NCBI RefSeq assembly: GCF_963853765.1
Contig: NC_088853.1
Coordinates: 20,832,001-20,896,000, forward strand
Reading direction: 5' to 3'
From: Magallana gigas
Taxonomy: Eukaryota
Length of the DNA: 64,000 nt
Shown piece by piece: positions 13,976 to 28,343 of the stretch (position 1 is the first letter of the stretch; each line of letters starts with the position of its first letter). The notes under the pieces were generated by a model. The model saw only the letters and a list, made by a program, of their open reading frames with translations, ran no database searches and was not told where the DNA came from. The position numbers and the translations under genes are program-made.

Positions 13976-14709
13976 TTTGTTTTTTTTGTTCTTTTTTTTT
14001 TTTTTTAAATTTTTATTCTTTATTTACATTTGTTCTTAATACAATAGCAAAAGTACTTACTACATAATTTTTCAACATAGATGTATAGGATCTTTAAATA
14101 TAAGTAGATATGCACATTTTCATACAGAGTATTCGACATAGGTCTTATAAGTAAAAAAAAGATATTTGAAAAAAAAAAACATAAGAAAAAAAATGATTGA
14201 CAAAAAGGTAACGATAAAAGGTTTCAGAATTGTTCAAACATACATGTATATTTCACTTTTAGTACAGCAAGATATTGCCTATGCTAACATGAAGGGCCAC
14301 AATCTACTAACTACAAGTCTCTAATGCCCCATGTTAGCAAGACAGCGACCACACCTGGTATGTGGACCTGTTGGCACTTATTTGTATAACAAAACAGATA
14401 TAGAAAAGATATATAGATATATATAAAATAAAAATAAATTATGTATCCTATTATATGAATTATAAATTGCTTCTAATACGTTTTAAAAGGATTGCAAAAC
14501 TCCTTTGTGACAACGATTTGTAGACCTCAGAGAAAAAAGTTAGTACATATTTTATATGATTACATATTTCTTGAGGTTTTTCCTCTTTGTTTTCAATTCT
14601 ACAATACATTTTATACTTATATATCTTACAGGCAATCAAAGAAATCAAACTGTTAAGAAATAGTGTTTTCTCATTCTTTTCAAAATAAAAACCTATTACT
14701 ACTGTTTCG
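13976..14709 (-). mobile_element. 5'-truncated L1/Tx1-like non-LTR retrotransposon with poly(A) tail
   Basis: Plus-strand poly-T at about 13976-14006. The minus frame VIGFYFEKNEKTLFLNSLISLIACKIYKYKMYCRIENKEE...RSNL* resembles an L1/Tx1 ORF2 C-terminus. Direct repeat AGCTCCGAGAAGTT at 13962-13975 and 14710-14723 is the TSD. Confidence 0.72.
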
Positions 14710-16281
14710 AGCTCCGAGAAGTTGCGAATGCAGAAATATGTACATGTATCTCATAAAAACCAACGTTACGACCGGGACAAAAATATCCGGATTTTTTATT
14801 TTAACTTTCTATCTCTCGAACTTAACCATGGTCCCTTGAAGTTCGAGTTATCTAGATTCACCTGTATATACTTGTATATATGTATAATTAGTCCAACATT
14901 TCTTCAAGACCACATCCTGCATGTAAACTAATATATCAGTACAATGTACATATAATTTATTTTTAAGGGTAATAGAGGAGTTTTGACAGTTCTTTGCCTT
15001 CATATAATAACATTTGTACTGAAGTCCTGATTGATCATTTTGTTTTTGTATGAATTTTTTGGATCAAAATAAATGAAGATTACAAATATATGTTTTATTA
15101 AATTTGGTAAAATGGATCACAATTTTAAAATCACGATGATATACAATTGATTTATGCCCGAGAAATCAAAAGACCATACTATTTTTGCCTATGTGCAGGG
15201 AATAACACAATGTGTTCGATTGCCCGAGGCCAACGGCCGAGGGCAATATATGACACACATCGTACGATAACTACATGTACATTATGCGTAATCCGCGTAA
15301 ACATATGAATAAAACTTTTTTGAAGATCATAATTTTATTTTTTTATTCAGTCCACTTAACCATCAATATAATTTTCGAAACTCCACTGTTTCCGTGTACA
15401 TTTGTAATATTTTACTGGTCGAATAGGATCCCCATACGTTTATAAAATATTAAACCCAATTGAAGACATTCTTCTTCCACTAAAGTGATGGAAATTAAGA
15501 CGCTACGTATATTTTTATAGGGTGCTATACCAATTATCCTATTTAGAAGAAATAAACTTTTTCCTTTTCCTCTGAATTATTCAACAGCTATAGACAATAC
15601 CTCTGGGCCGTCAAGGGACCTGTAATTACCCCGTTCTCACGACGGATATTATCACACGTTTTACCGACAGCTGAGGAAACTGTTGAAAAGCACGGGTAAT
15701 TACAGTACCCCCAACACTCCTATAAGAGGTTTGGCTCTGGTCAAGCTTCGAAGTCCATTATTTGATTTTCGAATGTTTACACGTGTTTCTTTTTATTGTG
15801 TAACGTTTCGAAAGGGTTTTATTGTACTGGGATGCGTTCGAGTTCGTAGCAGCGCCTAGCCGCTAGGCCGTATATAGAGTTTAGCCAAAATAGGTGTCTG
15901 ATTTGAAATTTGTAATATTCAAATAAAGACTTATAATATCGACATAAATTATCAATCTCAAGTGGACGTTTGCTTACACTCAAAACAACTTACATGAACA
16001 AAAGATCACTAAATTGTTTATTATACAAAGTGGTAACAAAGGTAGTCATCTTGAATTTGATGCTTAGCAGTAAAAATTTAAGCAACGTAAATCTACATGT
16101 ACATGTACTTAGCGGCTAGCCTAGCTTGCGTTCAACAGCATAACTGCTGCGCAACACTACGTATCAGATACGATCTTAAACGCACTTCTGGTAATTTAAG
16201 GTCTTAGACCACTTGTTCTGTGGTTGGATTACCAAAAATTCTGCAAATAAAAAGGTTGAGCATCATAAACATGTATTTACT

Positions 16282-16284
<3 letters not shown>

Positions 16285-16328
<44 letters not shown>
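16285..16328. repeat. (GA)n microsatellite
   Basis: Direct reading. Confidence 0.97.
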
Positions 16329-16331
<3 letters not shown>

Positions 16332-17028
16332 TACGTAGATTAAGGCAACAATAATTAATATTACAATTACCAAAAGTATATTAACTAGTGAGGGTAAATG
16401 CATTCTAGAACACCGAAAACTACCAAATAATCAACCTCCTTAAAAAGTTGCATCAGATGTAAATTTGAATATTTTACCGAACAACAGAAACTTGGTTGGC
16501 GAATTTCTGGATGATTTCTACTTAAAAGTGCCGATACCTTACTACAGCTACATACTTTTGACCTATACGTAACATGGTTCATTTTTGTACGTCTGCATGG
16601 GATTTGATTTCTTGGCATTTTACGTCGCTTCAGTAGCTACATCAAACACGGAACGTGCCTTTTCTTCACTGGCGTTAAATATTCACGAGCAAGAGCTTCC
16701 GCTGAGAAGAAATATTCCCCGTAGAAATGACAAGATAACTGTTAAACATTAATGAGCCAGTGTGAATAGTTTTAATGCTATGTTTATGGTCCATACATCT
16801 TTTTTCTTTGTTTGTTGGTTTTTTATGGATTACCATTCAGAGGAAAATACATCTTCCGCTTTGGTGCTTGTCATGCTGACGTAACATTGATGAAAAATAA
16901 AACATGGTGGTGCGCTTTACAGTTTTATTAAGACGTGCTCAGAAAATACAGATGAAGACTATACGTAACGATGCATTTCAGAAACTGGTTACATGTTCAC
17001 AAAGAAAAGAAAACATGGTCAACACCGG

Positions 17029-17031
<3 letters not shown>

Positions 17032-17090
<59 letters not shown>
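17032..17090. repeat. (CT)n microsatellite
   Basis: Direct reading. Confidence 0.95.
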
Positions 17091-17092
<2 letters not shown>

Positions 17093-17399
17093 GTTTGTTA
17101 AGATCCATATATAAGAAACTATTTCATAAGTAAATTTTAAAATTTCTTGATCTACCAATCATGTCAATCATACCAAATCATACTTGAAATGGTTCCAACA
17201 ACATAGACTGGGAAGCTTTAATATGGTGTTCACTATACTAATGTCCTTTCCAAAAATTTAGATTATTGATAATCAAAATTTGTACATGACAACACAAAAG
17301 GAAACTAAGCTACTCCTGAAAAAGAGAAAAGGTCACGAAAAATCTACTAGTATGTTCAAAATTAAGAGTTCGACCAGAATAGAGACTGTTGAAAAGGTT

Positions 17400-17949
17400 G
17401 AAAGAAGATAAAGGTTAGCAGTACATATGTAGATAATGGTGAGAAATTCGACTTATTGCTTACATAGAGCTATCACAGATTACTCTACAGATGAAAAGTG
17501 TTGCAGTAACGTGTCTGGTCTCTTGTAAAGTTGTGTCATATATGTTGTACATTTTGTGACTTGATTTGAACATATTGTTCAACTTATTGTTTGATTGAAA
17601 ACAAAAAGAATTAGGCACACGTTCTGAAAACTTAGAATATCTTTTCCTATACAATGATAACACAAAGTAATGTTTAATATTAAACAAAAAAGTATCAAAT
17701 GTCAATATATACATTGTACTGGTTGAAATTATGACAGTAGATATACATATAAATTATTAAGAGACAACGTGATTCTAGCTTAATAAAGACAATAGACAAA
17801 AACCGCCCGGATCTATCACATTTTGTCTTTTTCAAGAAAATTTCAATGTAAATTTCGAATTGCACAAAAAAACCCACGATTAACTGGTCAATCATTTTAG
17901 AAACAGGAGGCAGAAGGTGGAAATATTTCCGCAACTCCGAAAATAATTG
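17400..17949 (-). mobile_element. Possible highly degenerate LINE reverse-transcriptase remnant next to the gap
   Basis: Minus-frame fragments LLPPVSKMIDQLI (cf. SLLPxxSKxxEKLI), TFDT (cf. AFD) and ATLFI (cf. SPxLFxxYIND) occur in RT order, but with stops and frameshifts. Confidence 0.3.
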
Positions 17950-18082
17950 NNNNNNNNNNNNNNNNNNNNNNNNNNNNNNNNNNNNNNNNNNNNNNNNNNN
18001 NNNNNNNNNNNNNNNNNNNNNNNNNNNNNNNNNNNNNNNNNNNNNNNNNNNNNNNNNNNNNNNNNNNNNNNNNNNNNNNNNN
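17950..18082. other. Assembly gap (133 N)
   Basis: Run of n characters. Confidence 1.
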
Positions 18083-19467
18083 TATAAACTTCTTCTGTGC
18101 ATACATACATATACACTATATTTTTCCTTCGTTCCTTGACTTTCGGCAATTCTCTTGTATCGATTGAGAAGAAAATCCAACAAAGGGGTACATTATAAAT
18201 TGAAAGTATGCATGTACGTAATGAGTTTTTGCCTTACATTATAAATTATCACCATGTTTACAGAGCAGAGTTTGTTTTCTGTCTGTATTGTTGGGGTAAC
18301 CCCATCAAATTGTTAAATCCTTTAGATGAGGTCGAATCATCCAAAGAACGTGTTTTTTCTCGTCAGAAAAGCCCAGTGTTATGAATGCGAATTTGAATGA
18401 TCCATTTCTAAAACGTTCCATTAGAATGAAGTTTATGAAAAATGTAGAGTTCTTGTCAGAACCGAATCAATATACGTCATTAAAGCTCCTTTAGAAAATA
18501 CCCCCCGACCCCAAAACACATTACGTTGCAAAAGAGTGTAGGTACTATATATATGAAATAATGTTTGTTCAGCGCAGAGTTCCCCTATGTCAACCGAATA
18601 GCCCGGGTTCAATAGAATTACGGGCATATTAATCATAGTTTATTTTATTTTCCTCCGAAATCCATTGAAACCTTTTAAACAGGTACTCTATGTAAAGATC
18701 TTGTTTGTTTTGTGGAATAATAGACGAGGAGAAAGCGTGCATTCAAGTTCACTGAGACGCTTCCCATTCTCCTGACTTTTCAGCGAACAACAAAACATTC
18801 ACCTAACTGTGACATCCAAATAAAATCGACACGAAATCGATATGGTCGGGGAGCGCGAGTTATATGGCGTATTTGTAATAAGGAAAAGAATAAAATAAAA
18901 AACTTGAAGAAACTTGTCTAATAACGTTAAATAAAACACGTTTAATCGCCAGAACGCATCGCTCCCATGGGAGACAGAGTTTCACATTTCGCAGATAGAA
19001 TTTTCATTTTCTCCAATATTGAATATATATTTGGCACCCGCCGGAAAATAAACTTCTAATATCCTCGGCGAACACTTCTCAATATATCCACTCCTTTTCT
19101 TTTTATGATATTGAATATATCTCTTGGAAAGGTTCCTGACTATAAATGATGGCTGTATGATCATTGCAATAAGTAAGGAAATTTGGCATTAGATGGATAT
19201 TATTATACAATGCAACAGACACTGCAAGATGGGAAGGGGATATATACGGCATTGACTCTCAAGATAGCAATTACATGTACATTTGTACCGAATATGTACA
19301 CTAGTACAGTTCACTTAAATTTAACGTAATGTAAAATAGGTATAAAAGTAATGTTATGAAATAAATGCCAAACAGTATGAAATCAGGTGGAATGTCCCTT
19401 ACAGAAATATAGTTTCTATTTAAAAATCAAAATAATGTGTATCTTAATTTTAAGTAATACATATGTC

Positions 19468-19469
<2 letters not shown>

Positions 19470-19523
<54 letters not shown>
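19470..19523. repeat. (GA)n microsatellite
   Basis: Direct reading. Confidence 0.97.
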
Positions 19524-19525
<2 letters not shown>

Positions 19526-20274
19526 TATATGGGTTAAATTGGCTAAACATTTTGATTAAATAAAAAACAGTTAATTTAGTGTTTTTAGTTTAATACTATA
19601 AATATAACACGGAATAAATGTTGCAGAATCAAAATATACTCTCTGACATTTGAATCTTTGAGTCTTTAGCACTTTCAATTTGGTTTTGTTCGCGAGACAC
19701 TCAGTATCTTTAGAGATTCACTCGTGCTTATAGAAATTCATTTTAGCATTTTAAAAATTCCAACAAGGGTTTGTGTTTAAAACCAAATATTTTTGTAAAT
19801 GCAATTACTCGCACTCAGATGGAACACAATGGAACAAAGGTATGGAAACTGCCACTTCTAAAAAACAAAACCCAAGAAACATTCATGAAATTTCTATTGT
19901 TATATCTTCCTATCTATTGCAATCTCCGTTAACTGATCGTATTTAGTCGCCACTTTCAGAATCCTTTAAGATCGTTAAGCGTTTTTTTGTCAAATTGGTT
20001 CTTATCGCTAATCAGCCACGTGCGGTGTCAACAGAAATCGTCCCCCGTCACCAAAAGCTATCTTTAACACCCGCGACCTCGCTAACAACTGAACGGGTGA
20101 TTAATCAACTATACAGCGGACGATAATCACTGATTTTTAAAGACCCGACGATTGTCAGAGATGTTTATCTAAATGGGGAAGAGTACCTTAAAACAAAGTC
20201 CCCGAATCAGCTTGTCGCCGGGACGGAATCGACTGAGAACGGTGACGACAGGTACATGTATTAATTACAGGTGT

Positions 20275-20279
<5 letters not shown>

Positions 20280-20357
<78 letters not shown>
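20280..20357. repeat. (GA)n microsatellite
   Basis: Direct reading. Confidence 0.97.
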
Positions 20358-20360
<3 letters not shown>

Positions 20361-22740
20361 CATATGCAATACAGATAGAAGGATATATAGGAGGTAGGGT
20401 ATCTCCCCTTCATAGGCTTCCCTGCCTTTTTTGGTCAAGATTTCTGATAAGTCTAGCCCCCCCCCCCCAACAAACACACACAAAAACAGACTTTCAATTT
20501 GCTTCCGACTCTACACGTAAGATTGCACAATTCCTTATATTCCAAAAAAGCTCAAATTTAAAAAAACCTAGATGTAAAAAATTAAGAATTGATAGCCAAC
20601 AGTGGCTACGGCAAAATTCCATGGGATAACGCGGGAAATCGTGTGGGTGGAATTCACGCCGGTTTTAATTCATATTCAATTATTAATTTATATGGTGAAA
20701 AGAATCTTCAACCAACTATCTCTTTTTCCCCACAGTGATTAGATTTGGTAAGCTTTACAGTTGTTTGGTTGAATTGATGTATTTGTTTTATTATTAATAG
20801 CATATTAAAGCTACCAGACAAATCCAATTATCCTGAACGTTACAAGGTCATGAATCTCTGCCATGCACAGAGGAATTGCATTTCAGGCTTTAAAAAAAAG
20901 ATTTCATTGAATTTTCTTTATTTCTATTGCATTTCTTTTCTTTTTATTAGTTTGTGGTTTTTGTGTTTGGTTTTATTTTGTTTATTTAATTGTCTGTTTG
21001 TTTTTTAGAGGGAGGGAACTGGTAGATATCATACAAATTTTACTTAAAATAAAATTACATGTACGTTAACAGTAATTCCACATATACGTATTTTTGCACA
21101 TGATGTAGTTTCATTCAAACTCGTGATGATTAATTTGTGTCAATTTCCTTAAAAAAAAAACCAATTGGTAGGAGGTCGATGTTTCGCCAACCCCTGCACC
21201 ACGTCATAACTTAAACGAAATGCTGTAATGCGCATCATAATTAAAAAAAAATATGCTATATAGATATACCAAATAAATACTTTTTAAAATGATTTGTTAG
21301 GCAATAAAAAATAATCGAGGAAGGACAAATTCCATAAATTTTAATTAAAAGTTTGAATGTTTTTCTATACAGAGCTTTTCATTTGAAGGAGATTTATAAA
21401 GTCTAAAATTGCAACGACCATACAGCCCACTTCACAACAAAATTTTTGATAGAAAAAATTCAACATTCACAACGTGCGACAATTTGTAACTTTTTTATCA
21501 ATGCCTTTTCCCCACATCTTCTTTAAAAAATAAGAAATTACCACGAAGCAACCAATTTTTCGCCACGTAACAACATATAAAATGATTTATAAATATCCCA
21601 AGGAAACTAATTTGAAGTATTGTCCATTCCTTATAACTTAATAAAATTGGCCCCAAAAATGCAAGTAGATGGTGAATGTCTATTATAAATTATTGCCCAC
21701 CCAAAGAATAGCTGTCAACATACAATAGGAGGTAGATGATTTATTCTACCTTCAATGCACAAAAGAGCTCTTCTTTAATTACACAAAATTACATCGCCAG
21801 ATAGTTACATAACAACATTTAATTTCTTATCACCCACCCCGAACTCGTTATTGCTTTATTTCATAGATCTTTTTTTTCCGAGAAGACAATTCCCTTGTTT
21901 GTTTATAAAAAATAAAGCGCCCTTGTGTGAACAAGAAATATTTTTAAAATTCACCGGATATAACTTGACATGTTGACAAGAGGCGAGTAACAGGTAACGT
22001 TTGTTTCAAGCTCTTGTGCTTACTTTAATTCATGGAAAAGTTTTAAAAATGGTACATGCAGCCCAACTGATACGAATCTTTTTATAGATTTTATCAATCG
22101 GAAGTAAATGCTACCCCCCCCCCCAAATAACGGAGTTATGCCGCTTTAAAGTGGCTATTTTACCTGTTTTAAAAATAAAATCAACAGAAAATAGCAAAAG
22201 AACATGCGTGTGCAAACTGAGGAAAAAAGTAAATATATTTTTGGGGGGTTTTTTGTGGTTATTTTACAAATATTCTTGTTTTTGTTTGTTTCTTTTTATA
22301 TTTTCCCCATAACTTTAATTAAGAACATCGGCTCTAAATGATCATACACATCAATTTAGATTCCAATCCAACCATCGAATATACATGTACCATACACATA
22401 AAAAAGTGAAAGCGTCGGGAAATCCGAAGCAAGTCTAAATAATGGACTGGCTGTCTGCTGGTGGTATGTATTAGAATATATCTTATGATAGCTTGACATG
22501 CAAAATTATTTCAGTTTAAGGTAGAATAACTGACAAGTACGTCGGAACTCATAGCTCTGAAAACAAAATATACTTACAGGACAAGGCAGCGTGGGATGAC
22601 ACAGAGTAAGAGCAACTTCTTTCCAGAACTCCATTTAATTAATATCTAATTCTAATTAGCTTTTTTAAATTGTACGATTTGTTATGGGTTTGAGTTCAAC
22701 TGTGTTACGCGAAGATTGTAGTCTTGTGAATATAATACAG

Positions 22741-24025
22741 AACTGTGATTTTCATCACGGATATTCGCTGAATACCAATTTTCAACGATTTCGTTGTTAA
22801 TGTTTTCCATAAATTTAAATGTTTAAGGGGACATGGTCACGATTTTGATCAAATTCTATTTTTCTTTTTTTATTGTTTACAATGCTTTAGGAATGTATTT
22901 CTAATAATCAAATTAAATTTGAGAGCCTGTCTTGAAGTTTTAAGCAAGATACAGAACTCACAGTTCTTTGTCATGTATAAACAAGGCGCATGCCCTGTTT
23001 TTGTTTACATATGTTCAATTTACAAATAAAAATATCTTTTTTAAGCTGATTTGTCTATCTTGTTATTCGTTTTAAGCATAGATAGATAGTTCCTTACGTT
23101 TAACACATTCATTTTAGGTCTGGAACTGAACTTTTCACTTCAACATTCAAAATGTAAACAAAAGCTTTGTTTACATAGCAAAGAATTGCAAGCTCTGCAA
23201 CTCGCTTATAACTCAACGAATGACACTCAAATATTGGATGCCTATTAAAAATACCTCACTGAAGCTTTCTAAACGTTAAAATCAGAAAAATAATTTTTGA
23301 CCAAAATCGTGACCATGTCCATTTAATGAATAACTAAAAGAATATCTCTACACCTAAATGATGATTTAGTAATCTATAATATTTTACAACATTGAACAGT
23401 ATTATTCCATATTTTAGCTCATCAATTTTATCTTAAGTTATATCTTATCAAAAATGCATAAAATTAAGTAAAGTAACTCACCAACTGAAAATTAAATACA
23501 TGTACTTAAAGGTAAAACATCAGTCCTCTTGACAGACTATGAAGATGTGCAACTTGCCTCTGTCTTGGGTTTTGCCGTGATAATTATTTTTGAATTGAAT
23601 AGCATGCCAAAACCAAGATATAATATGCCTTAACATGCGTACGTATTCACACAAACCAGAAAAACCAGTCTAACACCCACTTTCATATTCACCGATCCAC
23701 CCGCCATTCACAATCACGTTACCACTCGTACTACAACCATACTCTGAACAGATGGATCAATGAACGAATGAAAGAGTAATAGCAATTATAAAATGCAAAC
23801 AAATGAACACTGGAAAATGAAAATATGAGATGTTGAATATAAATGAATATGAAATGAGTTGTTATAAATATTATGATTATTATGTTCAATATTGTTAACT
23901 TATGATAATTTAATATCCTTGGACTTGATAGGGTCATACGCCATGAATTTCCGCGCTATTGAAACTAAATTTGTTTACTGTATCCACGAAAATTTATGCC
24001 AACGAGTATTAATGGAAACACAGTT
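22741..24025. mobile_element. Copy of the 30723 MITE family split by nested insertions
   Basis: The left half (22741-22822, gaataccaatttt...gatttcgttg) and right half (about 23925-24025, ttgatagggtcat...tatccacgaaaatt...aacacagtt) each align to the intact 30723-30933 copy. Confidence 0.7.
22827..23322. mobile_element. TTAA-flanked non-autonomous DNA transposon (Kolobok/piggyBac-type MITE)
   Basis: TTAA at 22823-22826 and 23323-23326. TIR GGGGACATGGTCACGATTTTG vs CAAAATCGTGACCATGTCCAT matches at 19 of 21 positions. Confidence 0.82.
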
Positions 24026-24036
24026 TATACAAAGGG

Positions 24037-24592
24037 CTATATATGATATGGGCCTAAAATGGTCCCTAAATTGAACATCATCACTTTACAGTCATTCTTT
24101 GTTTTCTTTGTACAGATATACATGTAACGTTTTTTCATAGTTTTCATTTTGATCCAGTTTAACATAATGTTAACCTTTTTCCGCCAATTTCGCATTTTTA
24201 ACTTAAAACGGCTTGCTCTTAAACAGTGTTTATTTCAAAAAATATTGGGAGATTGCTTTAACAAATACAATATTCAATCAAAGATGTATCTATTCAAGCC
24301 TAGTAAGTTACCAAAAAAATTTTCCTTGTTCAAACGGTCGCTCTACATTTCCAATTCGAAACAAAAGATATGAAAAATGTTCATTTTTGACTGATTTTGA
24401 TTAAGTCACAAAAAGGGTCACTACCGACGATATATACTTTAAGTAAGCGCAAATAAATCAAATACATGTAAATAGGTACAAAATGTATTTTACATCAACT
24501 CTTCTAAAAGTTTACAAAACAATTTAATGTACATGAAACACTTCGCAAAATGGCAAAATATGGGGGCCGAAATTGACCCATATCATATATAG
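24037..24592. mobile_element. MITE with 16-bp perfect inverted repeats
   Basis: CTATATATGATATGGG (24037-24052) and CCCATATCATATATAG (24577-24592). Confidence 0.65.
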
Positions 24593-25025
24593 TTCTCTTC
24601 AAAAGCCCAATACTTGCTTTTATTTAAAACAAATAGATTGCAATTGAAGCTTCAATCAAACGTTTATGTACATGATCGTGAACATATAACAAATGTACAA
24701 CATAAGCGGTTAATCCCGGTGAAAAGACAATGCACTGGCTAGCGACGTCAGTGGATATAATCAAGTACACGGTTGTCAAGTAGAGTTCCTATAAAACCGA
24801 AATAAATCAACGTGAACGGGGTAAATGTGTCGCTTTGATGAATATATTAAAAAAGTTTAAGAGCACAAAAACTGGCCGGGTCAGTGTAAGATTCGGTTAG
24901 AAGAAAGTTTTAATATACTAGTATATATATAATGTATTGATTAACACTTTACATGGTAACATCATATATAGTTTATGAAAAATATCAATGTTTTGATTCC
25001 TGCATAACTTTTATTCATAAATTTC

Positions 25026-25227
25026 GTCAAAGTTAAGATAACCGATCAAGGGGAATTACACGAAGAGCTTTTATTTAAAAGTTTTAAGGGACCATTATAA
25101 CATTTGGCACTGTTTAAGGATTCTTAGTCAAAGTTAAAATAACCGATCAAGGGAAAATACACGAAGAGCTTTTATTTAAAAGTTTAAGGGCTCATTATAA
25201 CATTTGGCACTGTTTTAGGATTCTTAG
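25026..25227. repeat. Direct tandem duplication, 2 x ~101 bp
   Basis: gtcaaagtta...accgatcaaggg...cacgaagagcttttatttaaaag...ggattcttag starts at 25026 and again at 25127. Confidence 0.88.
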
Positions 25228-28200
25228 AAGTAATATTTTTGTTTTTCTGAAACAGATTTCGAAAAAACAATGATAGTTTTGAAGGTGATAATGCGAAGAA
25301 GGTTTTTTTTGGGTGTTTTTTTGCTTTTGTTTTTGTTTTGTTTTTGTTTTGAAGGACCTTCATAGCATTTGGTTCCGTTCTTTATTATTAAAAAAATAAC
25401 TGCTTTCCTCTGAGACACATTTCAATTTCTGCAAAAATACCCCGGTAAGACCCATTTGAAGACACCATATAACATTTGATATTGTCTTAGGAAATTTTAG
25501 AAAAAAAAGATAGCTTTTATTTCGAAATCTGTGATAGTTAAAGGCCAAATATAAATAGCGTTTGGATCGTCAGTTCATCAATCGCATTTTTTTTTAGTAT
25601 ATGCCGTGAACCGAGAGTCCGGGGCCCAGGTTTCGGAGGAAGCGACCCCCCGTGGTAGTCCGCCATAGATCCGTCCGTACTGTCAAGAAGGCAGGCGAAA
25701 ATTGCATCAATATTTTACCGAGGCGGTCGTAAAATATATCATTTGGTTCAAAATAATGCGCGCTGTACGTTGATTAAATTACGCCGAGTGATAAAAAATT
25801 AATGACCACCGGGGTTTCCGCGGATAATTCTACAAGATACAGACGTAATTGGTTTCGATTTTTCTTCTTTCATTTTCTTTAGATTCGTGCGAAAAACAAT
25901 GCCCTCCTTTTGGTGTGCTGTTCTTGGCTGCTGGATTTGAACTTGGCTCTCTTTTTTGGATAGCTACATGTATATATGTAGGGTGGTTATTTTGACAACA
26001 CCATCTACAATAAAAGTGACTTGGTCAGATGATGGGGCTCGAATATATAACTGTTTAAAATATGTACAGGTTCGGGAGACTGAGAGGTCAACAGCAATAG
26101 ATTTATACCTCAAATAGTTACCTTAGATATGAAATTGTTAAGCTATAAAGTATTAATGGGTTAAGAAATATTATCCAAAAAGATATTTTTTAAGATGTCA
26201 TATTTATTTGCAGATTTTCGTGTACAGTATCGAATGTTTTGTCGATAGATGGCTGGTATCGTGCGCGATAGGCCAAAATCATATTTTGGATACACCAGAT
26301 TCGCGAGCTTAATTAATTTACGACCCCCCCCCCCCCCATCTCCGACAAAAAAAACAAATTTTGCTATGTTTAATGACAAATGTTCTGTTACGATTGTTCA
26401 TAACGTGTGCATTTTAATATTACCCCCCCCCCCCCCCACCAAAGAGAGGAAATAAAACAACCAAAACAAACAAACAAAAACCCCAAAAACCAATCTCCCC
26501 TAAAAAAAAAACCCCCAAATTTTATAAAAATACATTTTTCTATGTAAAAAAGCACTAAAATTGTGGGAAACCTATATGTACATATATTTAAAAATAAATA
26601 GCGTGCGAATGTTATAATGCGATTTACTTCTATTTATGATTTTTAATAATTTATCTAACCCACCCCCCCCCCCTTCCCTTCGGTTGTTTAAAAAGAAGAA
26701 ATTCGAGTTATATACATGTATGTATATATACAACTTTCTTCATATATCTCATATACGTGTTATGTGTGTCTTCCCTTTGAATTAATGATATTAAGTGAAG
26801 AATTAAAAAAAAGAAACCAAACAAATCAAAACCAAAACTGTGATTCAGGAAAAAAATAACGAAATGAAAGTCTGGCGTTGTCTTATTCTTTCCAATTTCT
26901 GGCGCACCTATACTACACGTGCACAGTTCTCAATTTCATACTTCGTAGGTAGCAGTGGCTCACACACACCATAAATGCACCATGCAAGTAACTATAAATT
27001 AATATATTAAAAAAAAAACAAATAAAAAAGCCCCGCCAAGTACTATGACGTCTTCTCGTGCTGGCAACAGTTCTTTACCGACAAGCGCATGCATGCTAGA
27101 ACGTGCGCACGTGTTTTCCATTTTTGACTTAAATTCAAATATTTATGTTACCATTATCAATATTTAAAAAAAAAACAACAACACCAAAATGTTTCCTAAT
27201 GAAAAAGTACAATGAAATAACTTTAAAAAATCTCTAGCTAGAGAAATGGTTGTTACATTCTGTCTATAACGATGCGAAAAGGTAACTCAAGAAAGATAAC
27301 TCCAAATCGAACGACATGTAACTGCATTGTCCGATATAAGACGGAAGTTCGTTTTAAAAAATATAAAATTAGGTAGACTGACAGTCATAAAACTATAAAA
27401 AAGAAAAGAAAACAGACGTCAAAAACTTTATAAAAAAATCCGTCTGTCCCCTTTTTATGTCTAAAAAAGAATACTTTTCTGTTGTCTCTTAAAATGGTAT
27501 ATAGACAGTTTCCTCACTCTCTCACCTTTTGCGGAGAAAATGTTTTGCCTATACATACTACATAGTCATTATACTGTGTATATATATACATCTATATCGT
27601 AATTATATACATAGCCCATCTCTACAAACTCTGAGAACCTTAATCTTCATTGCTCATCGATTGAGACAAACTCCGGAACATAAGGTAATATTTCCATGTA
27701 TCAAAAATGTTTTCGAAAATGTTTATTTCTACCACTGATTAGTTACCAGTGTCTAAAAACCATTCTGTGTTTTGAAAACCATTTCCATGTTTAAAAAATG
27801 TACTGTAAGTAAACCAACTTCCAATTTCACAATCAGCAAGTGTGTAATAATCCTTAACAAAATACTTGAGTTACCGTATACTCAGGGTTTTTTTTCGCGT
27901 GTCACAAAATTTGCGAAAATGGGGAAAATTTGTAGCATTTTTAATTTAGAAGACATGTACATGTATGTGTTACGTTTGGTCTGTATCTAAGAAAGATTGC
28001 TCTTGCATAATTTATAGCAACATAATTTACGATACACATTTAATTAAGTAAAACATAGTTTTCAGGTGCAAATAGTAGTACAAACATTTGTAAATACCTT
28101 AAAATTAACTTTTAGCAATACAGATTCTAACAATGACCATTTTACTCTCCATTAAAAGGAGATAGAATCGGCAGGTTTACAAAGCGATGTAAGCAAACAT

Positions 28201-28343
28201 GGGTGATCAGATATCTATAAAATAAAAAAAATGTTTATAGGTTTAAATTTCATAAAACAAAATAATACACTTTCCGAAAATTGAATTTTAGGATTATTTA
28301 GTATGGCTTATCTGATACGAAGTACTTTAGACTTGTGCACATG

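Noticed and set aside
17695-18183. ORFs spanning the N run
   Set aside because: Open only because the assembly gap hides stops.
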